A stretch of 64,000 bases of DNA from contig NC_087436.1 of assembly GCF_036321535.1 (NCBI RefSeq), positions 46,626,001 through 46,690,000 on the forward strand, read 5' to 3'. A model generated the notes under the pieces. That model searched no databases. It saw only the letters and a list, made by a program, of their open reading frames with translations, and was not told the DNA's origin. Source of the DNA: Camelus dromedarius. Taxonomy: Eukaryota. Of the stretch, positions 24,091 through 38,300 are shown in pieces; within the stretch, counting starts at the first letter, position 1; each line of letters begins with the position of its first letter. A program made the position numbers and the translations under genes.

Positions 24091-26229
24091 AATTCTAACT
24101 CTGCTTCTTGCTAGTTATTACATTAATCTTTGTTAATCTGTAAAATGGAGCTCATACCTACATCATAGATTTATCTCTTCTTACAGCATTGAAAACAGCA
24201 CACAGTACAATGCTAAGCACATAGTAGATCATCAAAAAATGCTAATTTCCTTCCAGCTCCTGGGCAATCTCTAGTCAAATCAGCCAGAGATGAGAGAACA
24301 CCCTGTATGTATTCAGGAGTCCCCTGCATGCAGCCTTGGACTTGCTCTCTGTCCTGTACAAAAGGAATGTTGACTGGACAGTGAGGTTATCACTTGCTCT
24401 TTCTGGAAATCATGACATCTGTCAGTTTCATCACCTTAGGTGTAGGGCAAAGTAAAGCTGGTTCAATAATTCTTATCTCTAAACCAGCCTTCCGCGGAAT
24501 CACCAATTAGCAGTGGGCTTTCTCCCCACCCCTTTCACTCTGTCCTTGGCTCTAGAGCAGGAGCTTGTAGCCTTTGACCCCTATGCCTTTGCACCACCAG
24601 ACTGCAAATGGTGGTGAGCGGTGGTGGAGTTTTTCAGAAAACTTATTATTATCTGAAAAATTTTTTATTTGGGGATAATTCATTCTAAATTGAGATCCTT
24701 TTAAAATAATGCCATAGAGCACCTGTGTTATTTATATTATATATATTTCCCTTGCACCTCCTATGAGTGAGGCACCAAGGTTAGTCCCTTAGTAACAAAA
24801 GTTAAAACAATCATGGTTAAGGTACTTTGAGTGATTGCTATACCTGCCATTCGTTTTGCTTACACTTCAGGTGAATTCTTTTATTTAATCCTCTCATGAT
24901 AATAAGTACCATTTTTAGCCCTCATTTTACAGATTAGTAAACAGGGTCTTAGAGAAGTTGGGACTCACCCGATGTCTCACAGCTAGCAAATTGTGGAGAC
25001 CTGGGCTGTGCATCTAAATTTGTATAACGGCAAGTTACAGACTGAAGTAGTGGCTAAACACACACCCTCGTGCATACAAACTGGCTCATACACCACGTCT
25101 TCTATGTCTGCAATGAATGACCGTCACAATATGGTATGTTCTCCAACCTGTGTCATTTCTCTGACTGGTGGCCACATATCAGAGCAGTAATGAAGAACCA
25201 TGGTAAGTGTCCTGCTCCGACTGGCTCACTGAGTATGAATTTATCATAGTAAAAATAAGGTGATGGAGGAGGATGAGCACACACCTTGTTACCCCACTTG
25301 TCACAAGTGCATTTGGCAGCCAAATTGTCCTACATCTGAAGGAAAGAAAATTTCCAACTGCACACAAAATTAGCTGCTTTGGTGCCTTAGAGAAAGTAAT
25401 TGCCTGTGGTCAAAAAAAGTGTCTGACTTGAGAGCCATTAGATCCTCTGCTGCAAGATTTGGAATTGGAACAAAGAGTGGGTTGAGTCTCTTTGTTTAGC
25501 CAGAAATTTAACACATCAACTTGGGAGCTGTGAGGGAGTCGTATGCCCTGTGCCCAGAGGAGCAGAGAAATCTGTCCACCAGAGAAAGAGCAGTGCGACG
25601 TGGCAGAGAAAGAAGTAGAAAAACAAGGTTAAGAGAAAGAGCTGTGAGGCTTGCTGAGTCCCCCGTCCAGCCCCCCCTGGAGCTCCCTGCACACCTGTCC
25701 TGGAGTTGCTGAGATGTCCTGTTAATCCTTTTCATTCTTAGCCATACTGGTTGATTAGTTGGTTGATTGGCTGGTTTTTGTCTTAAAGTAGTTTGAATGT
25801 GGAAAGGGGATTTAAAAGGAAAAGTCCTCCCTTTTTCTACAGTGAAACTTAGTGAATTTTCATTGCCAATCCTTCCAGCAGAGCCTCCCAGCTTCCCTCA
25901 GTGCCTGTCCCTGTTACAGCCGCTCTTCCCATTGCTTCCCTTCAAGCTCCTGCACCCGTGCTCTTTGAAGGCTGCTCAATAACAGGTCTCACCAGCACTA
26001 TCGTGTGACCCTAATCCCAGTCTTAGCATATGGTGCCCATTTTTACAATAAACATAATAGGCACCAGAACCTGACCCTTTTAAAAACAACCAGAAAAGCG
26101 CAATTCCTCTCAATTGCTAGAGGTGGCATGACAGCCATGAGCTATTGTCCAAAAAAGAACTAGAGGGCTCAAGAGGGCTACTGGACGCAAGGAAAGGGTA
26201 GGGGATGAAGGGGATGTAGGCCAGGTGCA

Positions 26230-26850
26230 CAATGGAATCACCTGGGGAATTTTAAAAATCATGACGCCCTGGTCCTACCCCCAAGAGATGCTGATGGAAT
26301 TGGTTTACGGCCCTGGCATCATGGTTTTTAAAATGTCCCAGCATCCCAGATGGTTCTAATGAGCGGCCAAGGCTGAGAACCACGGACGTAGAGGAGAAAC
26401 ATTGTCAGTAGGAAACTGGGCAGGCTTTAGGAAAAGACCAAGGTGATGAGAATTATGTAGACCGATCTTTTTATTCTCCAAAGCACCTTGTAAGGAACGA
26501 CCATCTATTCAGCACCCGCTGTGTGCCAGGAACTGTACTTTACATTTGTTATCTCTGTTCCTCACCGTGACCGTGGAGTTTTTCTAGGTGAGGAAGCTAA
26601 CAAGTCAGGTGAAGTAACTCCACTAAGGACAAACAACCCCTAAGCTGCAGCGTTTGTGTCTTTCCTGAACACCAGTCGTCCTGACTTTCGTGTGCATCAG
26701 GGCCAACAGGGGCGCTGCTAACAACGCCTTCCCTGGCCCTATCACACAGCGATGGAATTAAACAGGTTTAGATGGCTCAAGTCTTTCTCCCAAGCTCCCC
26801 AGGTTAGTCTGATGAACGTGGTTCACAGACCACTTTTGAGAAGTGTCCCA
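26230..26850. mobile_element. Cluster of MER5-like hAT elements and a MIR
   Basis: GAATCACCTGGGGAA...GGCTGAGAACCACGG; AAGCTCCCCAGG...GACCACTTTTGAGAAG. Confidence 0.6.
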
Positions 26851-28583
26851 ACTATACTGTTTCCCCTAGCACAGCGCTCCCAACATAGATGCTGAAGAAA
26901 AATTTACTAGAGAGAGGGGGAGAGAGAGGTTGGGAGGGAAGAAGGAAGGACAGACTTGGAACTATAGTAATAACTGAGTAATAATAATTGAGAAATAATT
27001 ATTAATTGAGTGAGTAATAATTAAGTTGACTGTGAGAGAAGGGTCAAAAATATTGAGGGATACCCTTCCTATGTCTTTGGGGCTTGTTTGTTAGCCTTTC
27101 TTCCTATTTGATGTCACAGAGCTATGAAGAGAAACCCTGAAGATGGGGGTTTAGAGGCAGAGGGCAAAGTCCACGGTGGGAAGTAGACGGCAAGACTGTA
27201 TCCTTCCGCAGAGCCACCATGGTGGCCCAGATAGCACAACAGGGGCTTCCAGTCCCAAAGACAGGTCTCCAGAGCACAAAGGTGCTTTCTTGCTCACACA
27301 CTTACTCTGTTTAACTTGGTTTTGACACCCATGAATAAAAACATCCGTTAACACACATAAAATTGCAGAGGGTCAAGCCTGCAACTCCAGCTGGCATTTC
27401 ACCTCGGCTTAATAAATAGTACCGTCCAGCAAGAAGGATTCCATCTCTAAAGAAAAGACCATAGGCAACGTGGCAAGAACAAAGGAGATTTGTAGATTAA
27501 GTGACTCTTTCTGTACAAGCAGGAGAAAATCCCTGTAAGTTATATACCATTGCCCCCCAAATCTCTGTATTGAAAAAGTAGTAATTACCAAGCCCCAGCA
27601 GTACATAATATTTTATCTAACCACATTTGTGGCCAATAAAGGAATCCGAACAGTCCCTCAGAGTCTGTTCACTGCCAAGGGCAGAACTATGTCGTAATAC
27701 TGACAAAGGGCCAAGCCACATCTCTTCCTGCCTCCCCGGCCTCCCCAATTCTCTACCATCACCATAAATTTCCTGTCAAAGCCAGTGAAAATAGCTGAAC
27801 AGTGACCCAGAGACATAACTTCAGTGAACATTTCTTCTTTCAACCAAACATATTTGGACACAACTCACCTGTGATGGACTTTCAATATGTGTTTGTTGAA
27901 TGAATAAATAAGTGAAAGACTTAATTAACCTAAAGACAGCCTGGGAATGTAAACCAGGTTACATAGCAAGGAAAAGACAAATGCTTAGCACTGACTCAGA
28001 AATTCTGTAGTAGTTGCTCAGTAAATCAGCGTTAAAAGTACTCTTTGAGACTCATATTGAAGCACATTATTCAAAACCCCAGGGCCATGTTTCCAAAATG
28101 TACCTAGTTTAAGAAGCATCTGGTGTTTTTATTAAAAATACAAATTCCCCACGCTCCTGCTACACAGATTCTGTTTCTGCAAACTCTGGAAATCTGTATT
28201 TGCAAAATTCCTAAATACCCTAGGGCCAGCATGTTAAGGTAGTTGGCTATTTTTCCTCAGTTTAGTGGAGTTTGACCTATTCATTCATTCAGCCAACATT
28301 TATTGAGTTTCTACTGTATACCAGACACAGAGGTAGGCACAGGAATACAGCAAGACCAAGAAACACAAGGTCCCTGTCCTTACAGGGCTTACCCTGAGGG
28401 AGATTTGAAACTCATCCTATGAAATGAGGTCACAACTCAAGAGCATTTTGAGACCAACACACCTTTATTAAGTTCCTGTCTGGTGGAGGAGAAAAGGGAA
28501 AGGACAAACAGAAGAAATCTCTCAAAAAAAGGATTAAAATTCTAGTTTAGGAAGACTCTGGAATGTGTGGGAATGCCTACTTT

Positions 28584-28713
28584 CTTTGTTTTTAATTTTA
28601 CTTTTATTTTTTAATTATTTTTATTTTTTTAATTCTTATTTTTTGTTAATGGAGGTACTGGGAATTGAACCCAGGATCTCATGCGTGCTAAGCACAAGCT
28701 CTACCCCGACCCC
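28584..28713 (-). mobile_element. tRNA-Ala-derived SINE (vic-1 type)
   Basis: GGAGGTACTGGGAATTGAACCCAGG...GCTAAGCAC; TSD ggaatgcctacttt / ggaatgtctatttt. Confidence 0.9.
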
Positions 28714-31339
28714 TGGAATGTCTATTTTCTTCTCCTCGCCAGCACCCAGGGTGGTGCGGCCTGAGAAGGGAAGCATTCCTGTGGTTTCCTCAGGGTCACT
28801 TCAGAGACCAGGAGTAGCCATGGGGCCAGAGCGAACGCTCCCTGCCTGACATCCGCAGCAGGAGTGTGTCCCTCCCTGGGGCCTCTGGGACTTGACTTAG
28901 AAGAGTTTCCAGAAAATAAATGTTGTAATTACTGCAACAGATGAGTGAAGCTTTCACTGCTTTCTGAAGAGCATTCACTATGAAGGTCCCCTCAGGGAGG
29001 CTGTGGGGAGCCTGGGGCCAGGCCTGCTTCCATCTTTATCACCAGTAGACAGTAAATGGGGTCCAGGCCGGAAGTACCAAAAAGCCCCAGTTTTGGAGTT
29101 AGGCGGAATAAGCTGGGATCCTGGCTTCCCCACTTATTTATTGTGTGAGTCAGGGTAATTCCTTGAGCCTGTTTTCTTACCCCTCAGGGTCGTCACGAAC
29201 ATTATATGATCAAAAAAATATGAAGTGCTTGGCAGAATGACTGGGCCATAGTAGGCAATCAACAAATCACTGCAATTATTATTTTCAAGATGTGCAAAGA
29301 AAAGATAACAAAGAGCTGTGTGTTATGGATACTGGCTGTCATTTTGACAAGTTCCCTACCTATGGAAGGTCCAAGTTTCCACACTTATCTTCCAGGTTTT
29401 CTATACAGAAGACATGCATTAAAAGCTTTCCTCATCCCGAGAGTATAAGGATAGGAGCCCGTGGTTTTAATACCATTAAAGGAGGATCCCCAGGAAAGAC
29501 CTAGTTGAAGACATGTTTCCAGGATCTCCACATTTATTCCTACCAAGCGAAAATCGCTTCTAGTAAACATATTTTGACTACAGGAATTAAGGATTAAAAT
29601 ATCAACAATCTTGATTTTTAGCTAAGGAGAGACTAGAAAGGGGATTCAGAGTATTGATGGATTGTACAACTTAAACAGTGGGTGAAAGAAACACCCAGGG
29701 AGTTGGGGAAAGGATTAAAGCAATGGGGATTTGAAGTCCTGTTGGAAGGGGAGACTCAGAGGAAGATAGGAAAGAAAAAAATGATCAAAAAGTGGGCAGA
29801 TTCCTCAGTTAGAACCTTAGGTACTTTGAGTATTGCCTGGGTCTCAGCCTGGCACTGAACCCTGCCAGATCATTTATTTACTGGTTCATTCATTCATTCA
29901 TTCAATAGGTATTTATTTTGGACCTAATATGCAGCCGCTCATCATAGCAGGTAGATAACAAACTCCTGAAAGGGATTATTAGGCTGGTCCATGTAATGAC
30001 CGACTTTGGGCAGGTTACTTATCTCTGAGCCTTAATTTGCTAATCAGCAAAATGAGTATAATGGTAGTACTCACCTCCTAGATATGTGATGAGAATTAAA
30101 TTCATACATGTAAAGTGCTAAGGAGAGGGCCTAGAAAGTGGTAAATTCTCAATGAATGTTAGCAGCTGCTTATTACTAACAGAAGTTCATTGGGGTGTCA
30201 AACTAGGAATGCTATTTTAGGAGATTATCAATTCTTTTCACCTCCCCCCATCCTCCCCAACCCTCGACACTTCAGTTCAAGATCATGTGAGCTAGAGTCA
30301 GCAGAGCTTTCCCAGACTTGAGATTTTCAGAGCTTTTTCCTTTTCCTTCTGTTACATATCTCATGCAACATTCTTCTGTTTCACCTCATTCTCATGCCTC
30401 CCTCTCATTTTAGCAACTCCAGAATTCCTGGTTTTGTTCAGAGCATTCATTTTATTCTCTTACTTCTTGCTGTCTCTAATGAGTCTTTGCTTCTGCAACA
30501 CCTATGACTGGAGACAGTATAAAAGACCCAAATAGGAAGTGCTCGATCCATTTTCTTTGCTTTTCCCTTCACTCTCATCATTTCTTCTAACGTGACCCTC
30601 CATTCTTGAAATCTATGATCCAAGTTAAAAACGACGGGTTCATCTTAAGGTGATTAATAGACTTTAATTCATTCTTATGCCCCTAAACCGATGACTCTCA
30701 CAGGACTCAACGTAAGATTTACTTATATTTGAGCTATGTCTACAACTTTCTTCAAATCTCCCTGTCTCCATTTGCCCACCATAGAGAATGGAAATCTCAT
30801 CAAATTCCTGCCGACCCCACAAGGGTATTATAAAGGTTAATGAGGCAATTTCCCAGCAGTTCTTTGAGTGCTGAGAGTGTATGAAAATTATTATTGCAAG
30901 ATTATTGAAGACTTCCAATGCTTGTAAAATAGCAGACATTTCCCTCAGGCTATTAGATGAGAATTCTTAATTTTAACTTTTCAGATTGTAGTAAATTCAC
31001 TTTTTCTTTTTTTTTTTTTTTGAGTTTTGTTAAACATTTTATTGTTTTGATGAGATGGAATTCTGAAGGTCTTGTGTAAATTAGAGTGTATATGTATAAG
31101 TGCGTATATGTGTCTATATAAGTGTATAAATACTTATGTTTCAATACCACACCAGTGGTTTTATGTATAATACTAAAAAAACAATTCTTCCAGACAAAGT
31201 TTCTGAAAGAATAAATATTAAAGAGTTGAGAAAGGAACATTTAACCATCACTACCGTCTCAATCGGATGCTTGAATTCCCTCAGGATGACACTGATAACT
31301 GTTAATCCTACCTATGCTTAAATCTCTCCATTGATTGTT

Positions 31340-32825
31340 CCATTTCACAAACTTCCGAACATGTAGAGAGTTCCTCCTTTTGCCAGTGAAGGGCTGTTTC
31401 ATGTTGTCTCCTCTCCCCAGAAATCCCCAACTCTGCCTCCATCCTCGTCCAGTGGACAATCTTGCTTCCTGATTTGCTGAGGAAATTGGAGAAATCAGAA
31501 GAGAACTTCCAGTGCCCCCCTTCACTACACTTTCTGCCTTCTCCCGGCTTCCTAAGATGGATGAACCACCTGCGCTCCTGGCTAAGGGCATCCTCTCTCA
31601 CCTACTCTAGGACTCTGCACCATCAACTCCTCTCCAACATTTGTATCATCCATCTTTCTCTTCCTTTTGAATTATTCTCATCAGCACCTAAGTACATTGC
31701 CAATTTGCCCATCTTAAAATAACACTTTAAACCCAACTTGTCCTTTTAGCTAATACTCATTTCTCTCCACCCTGTTTTGGTAAAAGTCTTTAAAGATATT
31801 GCACATGCCTGCGAGTCCGGTCTCCCTGCTCCTATTCCATCGCCAGTGCCCCAGCACGCTGCTGACGCTGCTCTTCTCCAGGTCACAGGGACCTTCTCGT
31901 TGCTAAAACTACTGGTCTTTCTCAGTCCTCATCTCACTTAACCTAGTGAAGGCACTCGACCCAGTGCATCACTCTCTCCTCCTTGAAATACTTTCTTCTC
32001 TCAGCTTCCAGGAATTCCCCTTGGCCTAGTTTTCTTCCCTCTGTTCTAGCTGCTCATTCTCAGACCCCCTTTGTTTCTGCCTTCGACATAATATCACTTC
32101 TAGCCCCACCCTCACCGCCCCAGCTTTGTCTAAGCTACTATCATCCCTCACCTGTATTATTGCAACTCCCCTCCCAACTGCGCTCCCTTCAACTACTCTT
32201 TGCCAGATTTTCTTATCACAGCAGCCGAACTGATCCTGTTAAAACTTGTCGTTGAGTCATTCTTCTGCTCAAAACACTCCAAGGGCCTCCTATTCTACTT
32301 GAAGTAAAAGCAAAGTGCTTGCTGCCCAATGTAATGTAATTTTATGTTGTCTTCATCATCTCGTCTCTCCTGCTACTTTCCCCCTTGATCACTCAACTCC
32401 AGCCACTTGGGCCTCCTTACTGAGCCCTGGAACTCTCTGGGCCCACTGTGACCTCAGGACCTTTGTACTTACTCTTCCTACTCTCCCCCCAAATTGCCTC
32501 AAGGCTGGCTCCCTCACTTCCTTCTTCCTCCCTCAGGAGTTGCCTTCTCAGTAAGGCCGTCAGTGACCGTCCTATCAGAAATCATAAGCACCCCCCCCAA
32601 TTAATAGTCCCCTTTTCTGTTTCATTCTTCCTTAGCATTTCTTATATCTACCCATATGTTTATTATCTGTCCTACACACTAGAATGAAAGCTCCATGAGC
32701 TTATATTTTTCTTGTCTGCTTTTTTTTCCTCTATTTGTTTACTGTTTTATTCTGTGCCTTGAACAATGTCTGGAAAATAATAAGCATTCTATATAAATAT
32801 TTGCTGAATAAATTATGAATGAAAC
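31340..32825 (+). mobile_element. L2 LINE remnant
   Basis: Pyrimidine-rich L2 ORF remnants and the L2 3' end TAGAATGAAAGCTCCATGAG...ATAAATATTTGCTGAAT. Confidence 0.8.
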
Positions 32826-34319
32826 AAATAGATAAATCAGCTTGCCATCATTGATAAGTTGTTTGGAAAATAAAATTGCAATATTGGCATCAAAGCACCT
32901 CTTTGATGAGGATTAGACCACCTATGTGCCGGTACGCTGGTGGGGCTGAGGAAGCCCCCGGCAGGCTGACCCTCATCCCAGCCCCACAGCAGCCCGGGAT
33001 GACAGCCGTCTTCCTTGCAGAAGCTCGGGATGCTCAGAGAGGACTGGCTCTTCACCAGAAGGAGTTTGTCAAGCTTATCGCTGTCAACTAATCATCGGAG
33101 GCAAATAAGATTTTGTCCTTTTTCAATATCCTACTAGGTTATCAGGTCTTAATCTTGGCTTTTGTCTCTTAGTTTTGTTTCCAAATCCAACTGGTGAATA
33201 ATTTCTCTTCCAATTTAATTAAACTCTTAAGAAACTGGCTGTATTATGATTGTTCTACTTTTAGAGTTTGACTCTCAGTGTCAGTCCGAGCATAAACATT
33301 TAAGTAAGATATCATTCATCATTCAACAAACGTTTATAGAGCTACGAAGTCCCAAGCACAGTGTAATGGATGCAAAAATAAATAAATAAGGCCCAGTCCT
33401 TGCCTTTGAGGAGATCAAAGTCGAGAAGGAGATGGTGACTTATAGATGAATTCAGCTCAACGTTACAAGCCCAGTAATGGACAAAGGGTTATGGGAACAC
33501 TGAGCAGAGAGCAAGGGAGTCTGCAGGGAAAAATGAGCTTTGAAGGGTGAGAAGGTGCTTGCTGAAAAGGGAAGGTGCGTTATCGTCAGAATCACTGCAG
33601 GAGACCTCCCCAAACACGGTCATCCCTCCACTAATATGACACAAAACGAGAGTCACCTCTGCATGTCTTGAGCCTGAACAGTGCTCCATTTAAAAATGAT
33701 TTTTTTTTTTTTACAAAATTGTGTATGTTTCATATTCATGTCATTTGATCCATCCCCAGGAATTCCCCCTCTGTGGCGATCCTCAGACTGAATCAAGTAC
33801 CACAGGATCAAGTAATCTGAGGGGCCTACTTGGTAGGTTGTCCACCTTGGACTCAAACTGTTAGAGCTGTGACTTTAAAGACTAGCTTTGCCCAAACTTG
33901 ATCCTCCCCATTGCTGAGGAAGCCAGGATCTGGAGAGGGCACCGCCCTCCCCAAGTGTGCCTGGTGACATAGGTCAACCCGTCTCTCAACACGATCTAAT
34001 TTGAACACATATCAAGTGAATGAATCAGTTCTTGCAACCTACTTTCTGCATTTTCCAAGCCAATCTTAGGGCTCTCCAGACCCAAAATAGGCAACATTGT
34101 TCTGATCTATTCCCCTCCCACTCGACATTCTAGCTGCAAAGAGCCTGTATAGCCAGGAGAACCAGCGCCAAGAGGTCCAACTGACCACCTCCCACATCCA
34201 CAGCAGTCCTTGAGTCACCATAGTGCTGCCTTTTAAGAGGCTTCAGCTTGGCTTTCCAGGGCTGCGACTCAAACTCCAAACCCAGGTCTTTGTTGGGGTG
34301 TTAAAACCTATCACATCTC

Positions 34320-35335
34320 AGATTCTAAAACAAGAAAAAAAAAAGCCATGATACAAATGAACTTATTTACAAAGCAGAAACAGACTCAGACACAGAAAAC
34401 AAACTTATGGTTATTAAAGGGGAAAGGCGGGGGAGGGATAAATTAAGGTTACAGATTCCAACTGTAATTCTCTGCTGACCCTAAATAAACCTACCTTTGC
34501 TGGAGAAATAACTGGTAATCTATTTGTTTAAGATCAACACAGTGTTACCTACATACAGACAATCACTCTCAAAACATTACAATATATGACATTTCCCTGA
34601 GAAAGTGTAAAAGGGCAAACCATTTAAACTTTCATAAAGGCCTTGAAAAGCTGTGATCAGGTCCAAGGGAGCTACCAAAGAAAAGCTAGAGAAAAAAATT
34701 AAGTCTAGCACAACCTTCACTTGTCAGTATCAAAAAAAAAAAGAAGAAAAAGAGGAGGAAGAGGGCAACTACATAAGGAAGAAATATAAACATTTTCCTA
34801 GCTTGCTTGATGGCAATGATTACACCGATTGCCAAAAGATGGTTAGGTCCCAGTATCTAACGCCAATTGTAAAAACTATTACCTAGTCAAATAAAGCTAT
34901 AAATTCCCTTTTGTCAAAAAAAAAATAGTTTGGGATTAACATATATAAAATAGATAACCAACAAGGGCCTGCTGTATAGCACAGGGAACTATATTCAATA
35001 TCTTGTAATAACCTGAAATAGAAAAGAATCTGAAAAAGAATAGATTTATACATATATATAAAACTGAGTCATTTTGCTGTACACCTGAAATTGACACAAC
35101 TTTGTAAATCAACTATACTTCAATGTAAAAAAAAAAACAGATAAGCAACAAGGGCCTGCTGTATAGCACAGAGAACTATATTCAGTATCTTGCAGTAACC
35201 TGTAATAGAAAAGAATCTGAAAAAGAATATGCATATATATGCATAACTGAATCACTATGTTGTACACCAGAAATGAACACAACTTTGTAAATCAGCTATA
35301 CTTCAGCTAAAAAAAACCAAAAACCAACCAAAGAA
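34320..35335 (+). mobile_element. Composite L1 3' insertion (internal insert plus duplicated tail)
   Basis: L1 3' UTR (ACAAATGAACTTATTTACAAAGCAGAAACAGACTC...); TSD aaaacctatcacatctc 34303-34319 / aaaagctatcacatctc 35336-35352 at a TT|AAAA site. Confidence 0.85.
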
Positions 35336-38300
35336 AAAAGCTATCACATCTCGGCATTGAAGATTTTTTCAGATTCCCCAGTAGTTCCTCATTGAACCAG
35401 GTTCCCCCGAGTTTGTCCTGATCTAGAACAAGGCAGTTGGAAAGAATGACATGTTCTCTGCTCAGGACTTTGTCTTTCCTGCACCCCCCGCCACTTGCTT
35501 CTAAATTTATAGAGAAAATATTGACAGCTGCGTGTAGACCAGCTTCCTCTAGTGACACTTGGTTCTTTCAGCTTCAGTTCATAGAGAGTTATCTTAAAGT
35601 ACAAGGGAAAGGAGGACAGGAAGCCCTTCTAGCAGTGCAATAGTGGGCCTGGTGCAGCCACTCAGGATGCCATGGTAGACGGGCAGGCCAACACTTCCCG
35701 AGTCTGGGTCATCAAGCCATCTCTGCTTGGTTACCACTGCTGTTTCCCTCCCCTCTGCCTGCTTACATTAAGACTTTAGCTGCCTTCCTTCCTTGCTGCT
35801 GCCAGCCACCAGTTAAAAATATCCAATTACATCATTTTCCACCACCTAATATATTTCACTTCTGTTAGTCTTGATATAGGCCACTGGTCAGTCTCTAGAT
35901 AGCTGCCTTGGGCTCAAGGAGTGTCTGCAGATCAGTTGAGCTCAGGACAGCTGAGCTACAGGCCCCAGAGCACGGAGAACCGGGCATAAAGAACTGCCTG
36001 TAATCACTTACCTCAGAAGAGGGGCGGTGTGAATGGCAGACCAAATGGACTGACCAGTACCCAGAGTTTCCAGCTCTTTGGTTTCTTTGAACCGTTGCAT
36101 GAAAAACAGCATCCTTGAGAAAGATGGTGTGGAAGAAACTACAAGAGCTTTGAAAGTGCATGAAGTGGGCAAAAAAGTTCCTTATCTTCTTCAGTTTTCT
36201 TAACAACTGGGTTTAAAATACCCAACTGACAGTACTGTTTGAAGGATTTAAAAGTGCTGAGCACAAGGCCAAGTACAGAGTCACACTTAGACGTGAATGA
36301 CCATTCCCTTCCTCTGAAGTATACAATCACACAGGTAGAGTCTTTAGATACAATCAGCTCCTCCTTAGCTAAGCTCCTTTGGACCCAGACTAGGGGAAGC
36401 AATCATAACTAGTGTTTGTCGAGAGCTTCACCTGTACTAACTCCTTTAATCTCCATCCTTCCTCTGATTTGTTTTCCTTCATAACACTTCTCTACCTGAC
36501 ATTATGTATTTGTTAGTTTGGATCCGATTCCCCCTCCAGAATATAATCTCCGTGAGGATGAGCTCTTTATGCTGTTCACTGTTATGTCACCAGCATCTGG
36601 AAGAATACTTGACAATTAGTGGTGTTCTTTACATATTGGTTGAATAAATAAATTGAATCCCCTAACAAGCTATGCTATACGTACTCTGATTACCTCTGAT
36701 CTCAGATAAGAACACTGGGCACTGAGTCAAGTCAATTGCCCAAGGTCACACAGTAGGTGGTGGAGGTCTGACCTGAGCATCCCCACGCTCTGCCACTGTG
36801 CTTTACTGCCTCTCGGCCCACGGCCGGGGGGCTCCGGGAAGAAAGACTTCCTTTCAGCCCCTGCGTCTGTGAATTAGACTCAGACCTGTTTTTTTTGTTT
36901 TTCTTTCTTTTTCTTTTTTTTAATAAAGTCATTGTTCCCTTTGGAACTGATGCTATGCACAACTTTTGCCCCCCGCCCCAATCCTTGAAAGAGGAACAGC
37001 ATGGCAATCACTGCATCCAAAACCATATCTGATCAGGGGCCATGGCCAGGTTCAAGAGACCCATATTGCCAGTGCAGCCCGGGAACCTCTGCTGAACTGA
37101 TGAAACACCAGCACCTCAGGAAGTTAAGACGGATGATCCTGCACAGTGGTGGCCCAGTGGGCTGTAATGTGAACTAAGAGGACCTCCTGACTCAAGCTGA
37201 TTCATGCTTTTCCAAAAGATAAGCCATCAGCTCTTCATAAACAACAAGGAAAAACTTGCCCCACGTGGAGGTCCTGAGTGTCAGGCTCCCTCCACTTGCA
37301 GTCTGTTGGAACCGTCACGCCAAGACTGTCTCAGAGGACAAATCTGCAGGGATGTCTCCGTCAACACAAAACCTTCAAAGGACACAAGTTGCTGGATACA
37401 AAAGTGTTACAGTTGGGCAGTAATACTTTTGCAAGTAAACATGTCAAGAGAGGAAGAGTGATAGAATTTAAATAGGATCAGATTTATGGTATTTGAGCTA
37501 GACTCATAGAAGACGAGTTCCCCGAAAAATCTGCTTTGCTATTATTTATTCCTCCTAAACTTGCAAAAATAAAAAATGGAAAATTAAAAAGAAAAAGACG
37601 ACTTCCTTCTCATTTGTGGTTGCTGATGTCTATGGAATCCCAAATGAATGCTGTAGTCCTGGCCTATTAACTATATTCTAATACATTTATTTATTCAAAA
37701 AGATTTATTTGTTTACAGACAAATACATATCTCATTATATGGGATTCACTTCAAATCAATCTGGGATGGGAGAAGGGGAGTGGGGTGGCTAGCGATGAAA
37801 CAAAATTAGCCCTGAGTTTATAATAGGTGAGACTGAACAATGGGTGAGGAGAGGCTTATTTCCCTATTTATTCCTCTTCTGCTTGTGCTTTGTCTATATT
37901 TATTTCCATAACAAAAGTGAAAAGATAAGCAAATAATAAAACAGTCTCTACACAGATTTTCAAACCCCTGGACACAGTACTATACTGCCTGCAGCGAAGT
38001 GTGTGAGACCAGGTTCTGCCTCAAGGAGCTTGAAGTCCCAGTGGGGGAAATAAAGCAAGCAAATCCCAAGTGGGCTTTAACACCTCAAGAGAGGCAGAGG
38101 GAAAATCCAAGGGGGTTCAAGTTCTAGGTGCCTGGTTGGTACTGTGTTAATTGAAACAGTCCTGTGTTAACTGAAATAGTCTTGTTATTAAGATTTGAAA
38201 TGCTATTCTAACCTAACTTTACAGTGTCCAGGACTAGTCACAGAGAACAAATATTTATTATCTTGTGTGCCCTGGGATGTGAGGAAAAGTAAAGAAACTC

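Noticed and set aside
25100..25170. Minus-strand peptide ...IPYCDGH resembling the CDGSH iron-sulfur motif
   Set aside because: The upstream CxC residues are missing and there is no extended similarity; chance match.
38141..38181. 20-bp tandem duplication (a 12-bp one also occurs at 1288-1309)
   Set aside because: Ordinary slippage-type micro-duplications with two units only.
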